Shown piece by piece: positions 10,990-24,911 of a stretch of 64,000 bases of DNA (its first letter is position 1; the number at the start of each line of letters is the position of its first letter). The notes beneath the pieces are model-generated. The model had not been told where the DNA came from and did not search any database. It was given only the letters and a program-made list of their open reading frames with translations. The position numbers and the translations under genes were made by a program. The DNA comes from Lama glama (taxonomy: Eukaryota): assembly GCA_028534125.1 (NCBI GenBank), contig CM052816.1, positions 56,980,001 through 57,044,000 of the forward strand, in the 5' to 3' direction.

Positions 10990-12970
10990 TGTTGCTCCCG
11001 AGCAGTGCACCGAATTATTTTTTGATCGCCCTTTCTCCTTGGTTTGTTACCTCCTTCGGCCAGGGGCGCAGCAGTGTTTTCTCAGCGTCAGGCCCTGAAA
11101 TGAAGCGGGAGCCGGTGGTTTGTCTCTCGGTGGCGCCGTGTCTGGGAGAAGGCGCGGGGACCGGTCGCCGCTCTCCGAGGGCCGCGCGTCCGATGCGCGC
11201 GTCCTGGCCCTAGATCGCCGACAGCTCCAGCACCTGGACGTAGCGGGGGTCGGCGAGGCAGCGCACACTTCCCATCCCTTCACCATCTGATAGTACTGGG
11301 ACCCTCTGTCTACCAGGATGCGATGCTGAAAGCGAGAGGGCAAAAAGGGAGATAATTTTGCTTTCACTTCCTCCCTAACCGCCCCCTGCCCCCTCAAAAA
11401 GAGCCCCAAACAAAAAACCAGGAGAGGCCTGCTTTCTCCTAGCAGACGGCCGCTGTGCGCTGCGCGCGGGCCGCGGGCGACCGCTCTCCCCGCCTCCCCC
11501 GGCCTTTTCCACTGTTTATTTTGTTGTCAGCGGACTTATCAAGATGTTAGTTTGCTGGAGGTTCTGACCTGCCCGGGCGCTTTGGCTGCTCAGCCCGGGC
11601 TTTCCCTCTGTTTTTACACCTGCACAAACTCCACCGCACTCCCCTGTCTGATTTATAGCCCAATTAAAGGTTCAGTGTTCTTGAAGCCACCCGCGCTGCT
11701 CCCTTCCCCGCCTCCCGCAGGCCTCGGCGAGTGCAGGAATGCGCTGGGCCGGGCCGATCCGCGCACGGCGACCCGCAGCGCGCGGCCGCGGGGCGCGCCT
11801 GGGACCCCAAGGGCGGCGGCGTGGGTAAGGGGCCTGTTCTCCGAGAAGGATGAAGTGACCTCGCACGCATACACCCAACAGCGCGCGCAGTTAAGCTTCG
11901 TCTCCAAACCAAAGTTCTTTCCTTCTTGAGGTTTCGGCTTTATTGCGACGAGTCGCTGCGCCAACAGCACGCATGGCCGGGGCGGGAGGGCGCGGGGAAC
12001 GGCCACGTGTCGCGGCCGGACGCTGAGGCCCCGCATCGACCTTCCGGTCGCGACCCACCTATCCCCCCCACCTCCCAGCTCCGGGGGGCCCGCCGCGCTG
12101 CCCAGGCCGCGCTTCTGCACAGTTCTCCGGGTGAGGAAGGGGCGGCGGCGGGGGGGAGAGGCGTCAGGCCGGGGTGGGCAGCCGTGCGCCGCTCCCCTGC
12201 GGCCCTTCCTTCCAGCCTCGCTCGGCGAAGGCCGTTCCTCCGAGGCCCGGGGACGCTCCCTGGAGAAGCCGGAGGTGTCCGCTGCCCACCCGGCTGTGCG
12301 AGGGAAGAGCGGGGTCAGCGACTGCCCGGCCCGCGAATCCGCCCAATCCGAGCCTCTGCGGGGCGGGCGGGCTGGCTCTGGCTCCAGCCTCCTTTTCGGC
12401 TTTTTCTTTCTGGAGAGAATAAGCGGCAACCCAACCGAGATTGGCAGCCTTGAGCATCTTCCTAACCCAACTCTGTCTTCTTTCCATCTATCAATCTACG
12501 TTTCTAATTAGACTAATTAGGAGCGCGCTGGAGTGTCGCTAGGCTCAGGGACTGAAACGCTTAGAGGTTGTGAAAAGAGCCCTGAATGGCCACGCTGGGG
12601 GCCGAGCGGGGGTCTTTGCGACCCATTCAGCACAGAGTAACAGTGGCTACATTTATCCCTGGCCATTGAAAAGAGGCTCGATTAAAACGTTTGGGAACTA
12701 ACGCCACCCTGCATCCCTTCTCTAATTAGAGGAGCCTGGGGCGTTTTCGAGAACGCCGGGACCCCGCAGACACAAGTTCTGCTCGCCGCTGCTTTCCGCC
12801 CTTTCAGCGCAGCCGATTTCCTTCCCTGAGACAAAAGTCCGCCACCTCCCCACCTGTTGCTGGCTCGCCTTTCCCGCGCACCGCTAGCCGCCGCGCTCTC
12901 GCTCCAAGCTGAAGGCCCGGCCAACTGCGTTTGAATGCGAAGCGAGGCAGAGAAGTTAGGGGCAGCCACG
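10990..12970. promoter_or_regulatory. Orphan CpG island about 11-13 kb into the window
   Basis: About 2 kb of high GC/CpG density; ORFs there are low-complexity GC shadows; CTAATTAG palindromes at the distal side. Confidence 0.85.
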
Positions 12971-13298
12971 TGGAAAAGGCCCTGGTTCCCCCTTCCTGTC
13001 TCAGAAAGCACCCTTTGGCACTTGGCAGGCTCCAGATTTTCCTCTCCATCTGCTTTCGTCAGTATTTCCACATTGTATATGTATAGCTCGGGCTTACTAC
13101 CCCCTACTCCTTTTTCAAACATGAAATTCCCAAGTCAATCTGTGAATGGGAGCCTCAGGTGCCCTCTTGATCTACTATACTTATCTTGGTCGCACACTTT
13201 GTTGTAGGAGTTCTTCACTTGCTTAATTTGTACTTTTGGTCACCAGCCTTTTATTTTAAGAAATGTGTGTATTGAGCACCTATTATGTGCCTAGTCAG

Positions 13299-13798
13299 NN
13301 NNNNNNNNNNNNNNNNNNNNNNNNNNNNNNNNNNNNNNNNNNNNNNNNNNNNNNNNNNNNNNNNNNNNNNNNNNNNNNNNNNNNNNNNNNNNNNNNNNNN
13401 NNNNNNNNNNNNNNNNNNNNNNNNNNNNNNNNNNNNNNNNNNNNNNNNNNNNNNNNNNNNNNNNNNNNNNNNNNNNNNNNNNNNNNNNNNNNNNNNNNNN
13501 NNNNNNNNNNNNNNNNNNNNNNNNNNNNNNNNNNNNNNNNNNNNNNNNNNNNNNNNNNNNNNNNNNNNNNNNNNNNNNNNNNNNNNNNNNNNNNNNNNNN
13601 NNNNNNNNNNNNNNNNNNNNNNNNNNNNNNNNNNNNNNNNNNNNNNNNNNNNNNNNNNNNNNNNNNNNNNNNNNNNNNNNNNNNNNNNNNNNNNNNNNNN
13701 NNNNNNNNNNNNNNNNNNNNNNNNNNNNNNNNNNNNNNNNNNNNNNNNNNNNNNNNNNNNNNNNNNNNNNNNNNNNNNNNNNNNNNNNNNNNNNNNNN
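13299..13798. other. Assembly gap (500 N)
   Basis: Exactly 500 N. Confidence 1.
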
Positions 13799-14134
13799 AT
13801 CCAAACTTCAAAAAAAGGAATGAAAGATGTCATGTGAGTGAAAGGAATCATGGAATTTTTAAAGGCCTAAACTGATCTTAATAGAGTTTTATTGCTTCCA
13901 CACCCTGCTTCACAATATTTTAATTTAACAGTTCCAATATGCACGATATTGCAGCATTAATCTAACTAGTTAAGAAGCTGGGAGGGGCAGAGAAGAGGAA
14001 GGAGACAAGTAAAGTGGTTCACTTGCATTGAGGAAAATTAAAAAATTAAAATTCCTGGAAACTTTGAAATGAGAAAGCAAAATCAATTCTGTCTGTGATT
14101 TTTATCACCAAACCTCTTATTTTTTTTTCATTTC

Positions 14135-14248
14135 AGTTGCAATTTAAATTTTAATTAAATCACAGCAACTAAAGTAAAGTGCTCAACTCCTAAGCATACA
14201 ACTTGGTAAATTGTATTCATATATATGTGTCCTATAGATATAGATAGT

Positions 14249-14301
<53 letters not shown>

Positions 14302-14545
14302 TGATCGATCCATGTGACCACTACTTAGATCAAGTTATTAAACATTTTAAACACCCAGAAAACTCCTCCATGCCCCTTTCTAGTCAATACCACCCCACCT
14401 CCTACCACTGTTCTCATTTCTGTCACTATAGATTAGATTTTGAACTGTTGTTGAACTTCAGATAAATGGAATTATGCAGTGTGTATGCAGTCTTTTGTTT
14501 GGCTTCTTTTACCCATCACTATGTTTTTGAGATCCATCTGCTCAG
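14135..14545 (-). mobile_element. Old L1 (L1ME/L1MC-like) 3' end
   Basis: Antisense L1 3'UTR motifs (catgtgaccactacttagatcaag..cacccagaaaactcctccatgcccctttctagtcaat..ataaatggaattatgcagtgtg). Confidence 0.7.
14249..14300. repeat. (TAGA)13 tetranucleotide microsatellite
   Basis: Perfect array inside the L1 fragment. Confidence 0.95.
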
Positions 14546-15624
14546 ACTCCTATTTATAAGACAATTTAAATAGTAAGTCAATTTATATAGGTCAAGAAGG
14601 GTGTGTAGATACTGGAAGGCTTTCACTTACTCTGAAATTAAAAACAAATAACATTAAATTAAAAACAAACAACCCCCCACTCCAACCCCTTCCTCCAAAA
14701 TATGTCATTATCAACCAGCAGAAGTGATTTTATGATTATAAGTATGTAAGTAAACAAATATGATGAAATGTTTTACCTGCAGTAACTGTTACCTCATTTT
14801 CAAGATGCAGTTGTGAGTAAATTATAAGGAAAGCAGAAGCCAGAGGCTGCTTTTGTCACTAGATTCTACTTCCTATTCACCATTTCAGCAGTAGGAAGTA
14901 CTTTGGGCCTCTTCATAAAGAATGCATGAACTTGAGGGGGCACGTAAATTACATCCAGTTTGTTTTATTTCAGATGTGCAGGTACTTAAGGCAACAGCCT
15001 GTCAAGTGCACTTTGAATTCTGTTTGAAAGTAAAGTGTTCATTTTGCAACTACCCTAGTCATCTATACTTTGTTTCATCCATGGGTCATCATATAAGTCA
15101 GTTAACTTTGAGCAGAGAAAGCTGTTCCCTAGAAATGAAAGAAGCGCAGCAAACCTGCAGAATTATGATTGTCCTGCTCTCCCTAGCACCCCCAGCCATC
15201 CAGCCACAAAGCCTGCTTTCTCACGAACTCATGCTGTGGGTGACCAACCAGAGACAAACAGTGCAGCCCATCATTAGGACTCCTTCCCCCACAAAAAACA
15301 AGAGAATGCAGCCAGTAGGGCTTTTTATTCTCCCTAGGAAGGACAGCATTTTTAGGCATGGGCTTGTTTGTGCCATGGGAGAAATTGTGGGACCAGGTGG
15401 AAGAGACTGATTTGGGGTTTTGATTGCTTATTACTGGATATTGATAAAGTTAAAGTAGAGAACACATCTTTTAATAGGCTTAAACTTAAAAATTAACATA
15501 GATATAAAAAAAGCCATGGAGTTCATACTCAGGAAGACATTGTGAAGACAAAAAGTCACCTCTACTGAATTATCATGGTACCGGTCATATAAATTGAATC
15601 GGTAATTTCTGAAAATAAGCAAAA

Positions 15625-16525
15625 GAACTACATACCTATTAGAAAAGGCAAAATTAAAACTAGTAATAATACCAGTTGCTGGTGAGGATGCAGAGAAACT
15701 GGATGTCTCATACATCACTGGTGTGAATATAAAATGGTATAGTCACTCTGGAAAAGAGTTTGTCAGTTACTTACAAAACTAAATATCCACCTATCATACA
15801 GCCCAGCAACTATACTCTCAGGCATTTATTCCAGAAAAATGAAACTGCATGTTCATAGAAAAATCTATACATAAATGTCCATAGCCGTCTTACTTATAAT
15901 AGCAGAAGAAAAAAAAAAAGGAGCCAATACCCATATTACTCAATGGATGAAATTCTGGGATATTCATACAATGGAATACTACTTGGTGATAAGAAGGAAT
16001 AAACTATTGGTAATGCAAAAAAACTAGATCTCAGAGGCATTATGTTTAGTGAAAAAAGCTAATCTCAAAAGGTTACATACTGGATGATTCTATTTATATA
16101 ACATTCTTAAAATGACAAAACTACAGAGATGGAAACAGATTGGAGGTTGCCACGGGACAGAGAAAGGATGGAAGGGGTTCATATAAAAAAGAGTAGCAGG
16201 AGGGTGTTCCATTGTAGTGATGAAAGAGTTCTGTGCCTTGATTGTTGTGGTGGTTTCATAAATCCATACACGGAATAAAACTGCATAGAACCACACACAC
16301 ACACACACGAATGCATGTAAAAAATGGTGAAGACTAAGTCTTCTTATAACCTATAAGCTACTTAACAGTGTTATATGGTGTCAGTTTCTTGGTTTTGATA
16401 TTGTACTGCAGTTATATGACATGTCACTTTTGGAAGAAGTTGAGTGAGGGTGCATAGAAGTCTATGTACTATTTTTCAACTTTCTGTGAGTCTACAATTA
16501 TTTCAGAATTAAAAAGTTTAAAAAT
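15625..16525 (+). mobile_element. Old L1 (L1MC/L1MD-like) ORF2 end plus 3'UTR
   Basis: Decayed ORF2 C-terminal motifs (tgctggtgaggatgcagagaaactgg..cagcccagcaactatactctcaggcatttatt..tacaatggaatactac) and a 3'UTR ending in an A-rich tail. Confidence 0.8.
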
Positions 16526-16694
16526 GAGTAAAAATCTTTTAGTCAGTGTCACATTAGTAGAATGCTCTGCTGATGACAAGAGCTTTCATTGGTTGATTTC
16601 TCTTAATTAGTAATGGCAATGAATTTAGCCCTGCCTTTATGAAAGGTATTTTATAAGCAATGTTTAAAAGACTTGTCATTTTAAATTGTTTTTC

Positions 16695-17055
16695 CTATTG
16701 ATTGGCCCAATGCTGAAAACTTCTGGGAACATAAAACATTTTGCCCATCTGTTTGAAAAACTTCACTCTTTGAAGGCGGGTTTAATTCCTGCAAATAGCC
16801 AAATGTCACTGAGAGTCAAATATGGTGAATAAGACAGATGACCAATTTGGGTAAAACAGTTTTTTGGCAAAGCCCAAGTGTCCCTGAAGATTTATCATCA
16901 CTGGTCACAAAAAAAGGGTTCTCAAAATGTCTTTGGGATTGAGAGCATCACTGGAATCAGTATGGCCTCCTAGGGTGATTTAGAAGGACATACTCATTTG
17001 TATGCAGCAGTCTAGTGATGGTTTAAAACTTTTGCCTCATTTCTAGAGTCTGGCT
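16695..17055. mobile_element. MARNA-like Tc1/mariner relic
   Basis: Matches recalled MARNA blocks (ctttgaaggcgggtttaattcctgcaaatagccaaatgtcac..tggtgaataag..gcatcactggaatcagtatggcctcctagggtga..actcatttg). Confidence 0.6.
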
Positions 17056-18214
17056 GTAAATTTAGTTCTTGGAAGTGTGTGTCTTCTTGAAAAGAGTATG
17101 TTAAACAAAGTATTGAGTGTTTAAAGGGTGACACATTAATCTCTTTCTAAGCAAAGCAGTACACATTACCTAATCTGTTTTGTAATTTGAACTTTTGCAA
17201 ATGGAATGTTTATTAACTCTAGATGTAGTTGTGACTCTCTTACTCCATCTACCAAAGCGTAAGGGTGACTCAACCAGTACTACCATTAAGTTGTTAAAAC
17301 TCTCCATTGACAAAGAATCTTTCAGCCTTCATATTCAACAATTGGCACAAGCATGGCACAGACTTAATGCAGATCCTACCCAGGACATCTGGCTGGCATA
17401 TCTGTAAGTGGACCATGACATAAACCAATCCAAATTCCTGCTGTAGCAGATCAAATCATAAGTGACTGAATATCAGACAAGTTTTGAGTCCTGATGCCAG
17501 TGTTTTAACTATGGTACTTGTTCTTGTGCTAGAATGTTTTATTGCTTTATAATTTTATTTCCTCTAGGAATTGTGGAGTTGTAAATATTATTAGTGGTTT
17601 ACCACGTTTACACACATGTATCCTATTATTTTTGGAGATTTATATGTGGAGAGAGAGAGAGAGACTGGCCTCTTTTATTCCACCCATTCATCTACCTGCT
17701 CACATAGATGGGCTTCTGTCTGTTTAAAGAAGCCAGATGGGACCACACAGAATCTAAAACTTGAGCAGAAGAACCAGATCATGGGTATCTGATAAAAATT
17801 TGGTTTTATTATAGAAAAATTTCTAGTAATGAATCAAAAAATTTTGCTTACTTCTTGATTTGCTTGAAAACAGTTTATTATTTTAAAAATAAAAATAAAA
17901 TAAAAACTTAAGACATATTAGTTTCCTTAATTTCAACAGATTCTTCAAAAGATTGTAAATATTATCATTTAGAAATTTAACAAAATACATAGAAAATTAA
18001 TAACAAACTAAAACCACATCTTGTGAAATGCTATAGAAAGTGTCAAAATTTGTAATTTGTTACCAGATTCTTGGTATTGGTATATTCTTGGTATATACAG
18101 TATTACAGGCATAACATAAAATAAGGGTTGAAGAAAGTACAAATAAAGGTAACATTGAAATACTGATATTATAACCAAAACAAATGATCAAGGGAAGCCA
18201 AAGATCTACACTTG

Positions 18215-18560
18215 ATTATTCATTCATTGACTCATCTTGCACTTAGTGAGCACCTACTGTGTGTCAGGCATGGTGTGATGTGCTATGGATACAAAGAAAA
18301 ATGAGACATCTGGTTGGAGGGTAGGGGAAGAAGACGTGTATCCTAATTAAAATATTATAGGACATGCTTCAGTAGAATTATGAACTGATTAGTGTAAGGT
18401 CACAGTGAAAGAAATAACTGTCTGAGAGGGTCAAGAAAGGCTTTGTAGGGGAGGTAATGTCAGAGAGGAGACTTGAAGGAGGAAGAAAATTATACACAGG
18501 AATAGAATGTATAAAAAACAGCAGCATGAAAGAGCAGGATGTTTTCAGTGAGCAGGTAAT
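18215..18560 (-). mobile_element. L2 LINE 3' fragment
   Basis: ttcattcattgactc..tgagcacctactgtgtgtcaggc..gtcaagaaaggctttgtaggggaggt, the antisense L2 3' end. Confidence 0.7.
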
Positions 18561-19109
18561 TGAACACATCACACTGAGTCAACCAAATGCTTATGGATAC
18601 TCCTAGTCTGATCACCCAAATCAGAGGTTTCTTTGGCACTGCCTAGAATCAGTTCAGAGAGAAAAAGCAGGAAAAGTGTGGACTAGGGGTCCCTTCATTT
18701 GAGTATGTAGTTAACTGTTGAAGTATGTTTAACCCTTCTGGCATATTTCTACTATAATGACTCCAAAATGGAAATGTTTTATGGGATATGTAATTTTCTG
18801 AATGGAGAAAGGAGAAGAAGGGTGTTTACAGAGATGGGTCTCAGACTTCTATGGCCTGTTCTTAACATCTACCTTGATAAAGGATGGACAGGGATACGAG
18901 AGTAGACGGTGAGACTAGCTGGAGCCAGCAGGGAAGAGTGGCAAAGGTGGTGAGCTAGGCACAGGGAGAGCAAATTCTGATGAGTCACTGTGATGCCACT
19001 CACAGCCACTGCATCCAGCCTCCCCTTACTCAAGTGGTAACCAGATCGCATCCCCAACATCTTACCAAGCTTTAGTGCTAGCTTTCTAATGTAAGGTTAG
19101 TAAGACTCA

Positions 19110-20200
19110 ACCTTAACATTTCTAAGATAAGCATCTCTCCACAACTGGCTTCCCTTTTTGACTGCCGTACTTCTATCAATAGTACTCCATTGTCCTGTTA
19201 ACCCAGGTTTAACATTTTCAGAATCATCTTTCGTTTCTTCATGACACTAATTCTCACATCCAGTCATTCACCAAGGTTGGTCAATTCTTCCTCTGCAAAG
19301 ACCTGCTCTTTCTCCCGTCTCCACTCTCACAAGGGACCTCAGTCAGAGACCAGGCCTCCATTACCCTGTGCCTGTACCACTGAAATCGTTTTTTTCCTCT
19401 GGTCTCCTTATCTTTAGTCTCCCCCATTGTCCAATACATGCTGCTGACTACCTTTTCAGAAACCTCTTTATCACGTCACACTTCTGCTCAAGACCTGAAA
19501 GTGTTTCTTTATTGGTTACATGATGAAATAGTAAGTTTACCTTATAATCAAGAACTTTCACAACTGGGCCAAACTTACTGTCCTAGGAGACACTGAATTT
19601 TCCTGCCTTTGGCACTACTGATGATATGATTCTCCATGCCTGTAGTGTCATAGTCTCCATCACATAAGACCCAGCTGAGGTATTTCCCCGCTCCATGAAC
19701 ACTATTACTACATGAGTACTGATACTACGCAAATACTGTTACTACACTTATACTATTACTATATAGTTAACAAGTATGGAGCACTTTGTGCCAAGTGCTT
19801 TGATAGTTTTGTTTTGCAAATAATCTCATTTAATTCTCACAACCATCGTACCAGGTACATCCCTGTTTATCACAGGGCAAAACTAAAGCATGATAAAATT
19901 AAGCAATTTGTCATCGCTGTATATCCTTAAACAGATGAGCTAGGGTGAAGTTCTGATTCTGGAACCTGGGCTCCATTATTCTTTGTTGCCCCCAATGAAG
20001 GACTTGTCTCTTCTGGTCTAAAGAATTTATTAAATGTACAACTTAATTGGCAGTAATTCTAGATGAGCTTTGGTGATGTGTTCATATTGACTGTCTACTA
20101 TTAAGTATCCTCTATGTTTTAAGCTGCCTAAAAGAAAGGCTATTCTTTGTATTCCCATAATGCATTGTACATAATTAGCATTCAATAAATATGATGATGA
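19110..20200 (+). mobile_element. L2 LINE fragment interrupted by a minus-strand MIR (about 19750-19975)
   Basis: L2 motifs (cacatccagtcattcaccaag..aggcctccattaccctgtgcctg..tcacgtcacacttctgctcaaga) ending with ttcaataaatatgatgatgaat. Confidence 0.6.
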
Positions 20201-20424
20201 ATAATTTCACTGATAAATAAATTGACTAATCTATCACTCAACTGAAAGATCTGGGTAAAATAATTCAGAGTATGCTGGCTCTGTCGTGTGCTCTACTGTC
20301 TACTTCCTGAAAATGCCCAGCCCGCTTGAAAGCCCAGCTCTGGATTCTCTCACTTTTATGGAAGAGCTAAGATGTACAAGGTGTGATGCTAAGCATTAGG
20401 GGGAATGCAAAAGAAAGGGAGGGT

Positions 20425-20655
20425 AGAATAGCATTTATTAAACACCTACTATGTACTGGGAACTTTGAGCATCATATCACTTTTAATTTATACATCAAAC
20501 CCGGTGAGACAGATGTTTGGCCTGTCTTACTCAAGGAAATAAAGGCTCAGAGAGGTTAGGTAACTTCCTTAAGGCCACACAGGGACTAAGTAGCAAAGTT
20601 TAAACTTGAACCCAGATCTTCCAACCCCAGAATCTTTATTGCACCAATACCACGG
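20425..20655 (-). mobile_element. MIR SINE
   Basis: catttattaaacacctactatgt..ggctcagagaggttaggtaacttccttaaggccacacag..ttgaacccagatct. Confidence 0.8.
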
Positions 20656-21294
20656 AGGCCTCCCAAAGATGAGTTTGAGAGTATGGTAAAGAGATCAAAG
20701 GGACTCAACTGGGGAGGAGTAAAGAATTTCCCACCATATTCCATGGCTATGATGCCGACTTCCTTCAGAGTTAGCATTCTTACTAGAAGGACCTAATACA
20801 TAGAATTAGCTTTTTAAGCCACTTTACACTTTAGGAGCACACTTCTGGCCATTAACAACTTTTTTTTTTTTTTAGGAGCAGATACAAAATTTAAGAAGAA
20901 ACCGTTTAGAGCATCAAGGTATGTGAACAATCTGGCATGTAGACAACTGGGTGAATTTCTTATTGTTGATTAGCTATTTTTAAGCTTTGTTCAAGTGATA
21001 TAGTTCCACTTGGTCCCCAAACCTACATCAGCCTGTGAGGTTAGGAGTGTGAGGTCTACTAGGTTAAAAAACTTAAATCCAAGGTAAAGAAAACCCAAAA
21101 GTCTCTTCCAGATGTGCCATATGAGATACTGCTATAAGATGGCTCTTTGGTTTATGGTGCAAGTCATCATCATTACAAACCATCAGCAGTCACAAGTGTG
21201 CTGACGACGCGAGCAGACCTTCTCATGATTGAGGTCTTGGTCTTGTAAGAGAGAAATTGGGAGGTCCAGTCAGCTCTGCTCCTTTGCTTTGAAG

Positions 21295-21468
21295 GCGATG
21301 TTTCTCAAACCTCAGCATGCTCAGAATCACCTTTCGGGCTTGTTGGCATTCAGGGCCCCATTCCCAGAGTTTCTGTTCAGTAGGTCTGAACTGGGCCTGA
21401 GAATGTACAATTGTAACAAGTTCCCAAGTGATGCCGCTGGTTCAGGAATCATGCTGTGAGAATTACTG
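21295..21468. mobile_element. MER5A (hAT-Charlie) MITE
   Basis: ttctcaaac..cagaatcacc..cccagagtttctgttcagtaggtctg..aacaagttcccaagtgatg..tgagaattactg, with degenerate terminal inverted repeats. Confidence 0.8.
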
Positions 21469-21529
21469 TCCTAGAAGATAAAGTGGGACGTAGGATGCCA
21501 GGGAAGTGGACCCCTAATAGTCATCAGGG

Positions 21530-22081
21530 AGATGAAGGTAGCTTCTGACATAGCTCCCCACGATGCAACTCCCTCCCCTTGATTGTTAGCTCGACATAGT
21601 GATTTGCTTCCATCAAAGAGAAGGCAGCAAAAGTGACGGGATGTCACTTCCTTGCTCAGGGCATAAGAGACTGTGTCTTCCATCTTTCTGGTCCTCTCTC
21701 TTGCCTGCTTGCTCACTTGCTCTCATGCAGCCTGCTGACATGTTGTGAGATGCTCTGCACAGAGGCCCATGTGGGAAGGAGGCTTCCGGCTAACATTCCT
21801 GGAGGACCTAAGGCATCAGTCCACCAATTAGCAAGGAACTGAACCCTGCCAACAACCATGTCAGTGAGTGAGGAAGCAGATCCTTCCCAGTCAGGTCATG
21901 AGATCTGACTGCAGCCATGTGATAGACCCAGGGCCAGAGGATCCAGTTAAGCTGTGCTCAGATATGCCACATAGCACAGCTCAAAGTCCTGACCCAAAGA
22001 AACTATGAGATAATAAATGTTGTTGTCTTAAACTGCTAAGTTTGGGGGTAATTTGTTATGCAGCAATAGATAACTAATACA
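21530..22081 (+). mobile_element. MaLR solo LTR (MLT1E/F-like)
   Basis: Typical 3' end aataaatgttgttgtcttaaactgctaagtttgggggtaatttgttatgcagcaatagataactaataca. Confidence 0.8.
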
Positions 22082-24384
22082 AGTGACCTCCTACCATTCC
22101 ATGAAGTACCAGATGGGCAGTAGGACAAGAGGGGAAGGCAGAGGGAGTCTGTGCCTTAATGATGAGAATCTTCCTGTACACACACAGAGCTATGCTGGAA
22201 CTGTACAAAATCAGTTAAAAAAATCTCTGTTCTCTGGATTTTAACTTATTTATCTTGTACTTAGAGTACCACTTTTAAATGAGAATATTTATTCAGATAG
22301 TTCATTGCTAATTTTCAGAAGTTTTCTTTTTGCACTTGACGAATTGCTCTTTGCAAAAAAAAATGCTAATGGAGTAAACAAAAAATTCCATCTGTTAGTT
22401 TGTAGTGTAACTGCGCACTTAAGCATCTAAGAATCATGACTTTATTCGTGAAAGGTATAAACAACAAATTTAAAAATTTTAGTAGCTAATACCTACAGGC
22501 AGATAAGAACTAAGAAATTTCTCATTTCTAACATACCATTTACATGTAAAGTAAATGACCAAAGGGAACATTTCAAACTCACATGATTGTAAATGCTGCT
22601 GTGTATTATTTAGGTAGAGTTTTAGGTTTTTCTTTTTTCTTTTTTTTCATGGTAGAGAAACAGATCAAAGGAAATATTCTTAATGTTTTTCATTTTTCCA
22701 ACTTATCTCTAGAGAATTTATTAATACAAGTTGGTAACTAAACTCTATCATAAGAGGCAAATAGATTACAGGGTTTTTTTTTTTTTACAATGACTACATG
22801 ACTTTTGTGGATTAAAATCAGGATGATCTAAATATTAATAGATTAATTTATGTGGAGGAAAAGTTACAAATCATTCACTTAAAAATTGGCTTTGTGCCCA
22901 CATTCTAGAGGCACACTAGGGAGAGTTGTAGCTGCACAGCTAATGTCTACACAGAGTGAATTTCTGAACATAATTTATGTAGATGAAGTGTGCAGAATGT
23001 TTTTATTTGTTCTACATCTCACTGTCTCACCTCTGCATGAACTTCCCAAACCCAGATCGACTCCAAATACTCTAACTCCCCTTCTCCACACTTCCCTCCA
23101 ACGTGTTTGCTTTGGCAACTTTCATGTTCTTACAAACAATTCTCCCAGCGAAATCAATCACTCTTGCACCCAAAGAGAAATACTGTGCACTCAGTGCGAT
23201 GACAAAATGAAACATGTTTGAAGCAAACCATGTGTTCCCGCGTGTCCAGAATTATGCTATTTGCTCAAGGAACATGCTCCTAATGTGTTTGGCTTCTGTT
23301 ACCCCTTGTGATTGCAACTCTCATTGTCTTTTGGAATTTATGATTTCAGAAGCAACTGCTTGGACTCATTTAATGGGACACTTTTGGAATGCAAGGCCCC
23401 GGGGATTCACCGAGCAGCGTCATTCTGTTCTCCTTTCCAGGCAAGTCCGGCCCATATAAGGGCACCTGGTGTTTGAGGAATTCTGAGGGATTGGTCCTCT
23501 TTTCCATTTGGAAGCTCAGACAAATGGCTCATCTAAATGACATGGATCCGTTGTGACTTGAAAGCTATTCCGCTTATCAATCATTTGATTAGGAAAGAAA
23601 GAATTTCTGGTGATGGAGTGAGGCAATGTCATTTTAAAAAAGAACTTTTCCTCAATAGGTGCTTTCCTGAGAGGCACCCAAGGTACTTGACTAGATTTGC
23701 CCCTCAGTTTGACAGCATATTAACTTGGAAGAGAAGCACCAGTATTACCAGTTCCATTTTTGTAGGCAGGAGACCCATGAGCTAGTCAAGATCCTCGGGC
23801 CCTTTTCTTTCTCTGATTGATGGATGTCCAACCCTTACCTCAAGGGTGGTTCTAGCAGCAGCCATTCCCGGACCCCTTGGGCATTTTAACTGGGTTTCTG
23901 TACTCTTTTCATAAGCTCTGGGTCACTTCCTGCCCTGAGTCCAGCTATCAACTGGGGACCCTGGGAAACTCAGTTCCATGGAAGCCTGATATTTTTCCCC
24001 CTATATCTCATCAGTCTCAGATTTTTTGAGAATAACAAATGGGAAAAGTAAATTTTCCCAATAGGCTGGTGTTTAATACATTAAAAATTAAAGCTATCAA
24101 TCACTCATTACAGCAAACAGAATGATGCAGGCTAAGGGAAAGCGCACAACTGAATCTAGTTATAAGTGATGGAGAGAGACTTTCATTTAAAAAGGGGGAG
24201 GGGGCAATAATTAATACTTCCTAGGGAATGGAAATATAATTTTTTCACACAGTAAGAAAAAAGTTGATACTCAAAATTTTAGGCTTTCTCTGATCCCAGG
24301 GGAAATGAAATTTTACATTACCATCCTCCCAGGCATTTGGGGAGGGGGTGGTGCGCCGTGTGTGCATAAGGAGATGCTCACATG

Positions 24385-24610
24385 ACAGTGCACTGGTTAA
24401 GAGCTCAGGTTCGGGAGGCCAGTGGTTTGAGGCCCAGCTCTGCCACCTGTTAACCTGGTGAATAAGCTACCTAACTTCTCTGAGCCTCAGTTTTCTCATT
24501 TGTAACAGGGCATGAATAATACCTACTTCAGAGGTTTGTTGTGAAAATTATATAGTACGATGTATGCAAAGCACTGGCACACGAGACAGGCCAAATCAAG
24601 GTTAGCTGCG
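24385..24610 (+). mobile_element. MIR SINE
   Basis: tggttaagagc..cccagctctgccac..aacttctctgagcctcagttttctcatttgtaa..aatacctacttcagaggtttgttgtgaaaatta. Confidence 0.85.
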
Positions 24611-24911
24611 GTCACCATCATATCACCACTCTTATCAACACCGTAGTGTTCCAGCTGGGGCCATGGGATAGAACTAATCCAAAGTAGCTTATGCTAGGGA
24701 CCAAACAAGAATGGCAAAAGTAAATGCCGTAAAATTTTTCACAGAGGAATAAGGGGTTTCAGAAAAGGAAGATGGACAAAATTCCAAAGCGGGAGGTGGG
24801 CCCTTTGCAGAGTCTTGGTCTGCATCTTGAAGGTGGGAAGGGATTTGCCACCAGTCCTGTCCTACAGGTTCTTTAGTTGCACTCCCCTGGCACTCCCCTG
24901 GCAGTGCCTCC

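Noticed and set aside
11653..12511. Long ORFs in the 11-13 kb island (258 aa minus, 175 aa plus)
   Set aside because: Arg/Pro/Gly-rich, overlapping in several frames, often with non-ATG starts and no domain: CpG-island artefacts.
12625..12643. REST/NRSF-like motif TTCAGCACAGAGTAACAG
   Set aside because: Only the left half-site matches; the GGACAG half is missing.
13251..13875. ORFs made of X residues (also 38445-39156)
   Set aside because: They run through N gaps.
24879..24903. 11-bp tandem duplication GCACTCCCCTG, and GATTATCATTTG three times at 36335-36375
   Set aside because: Ordinary slippage duplications without unique spacers; not a CRISPR-like or functional array.
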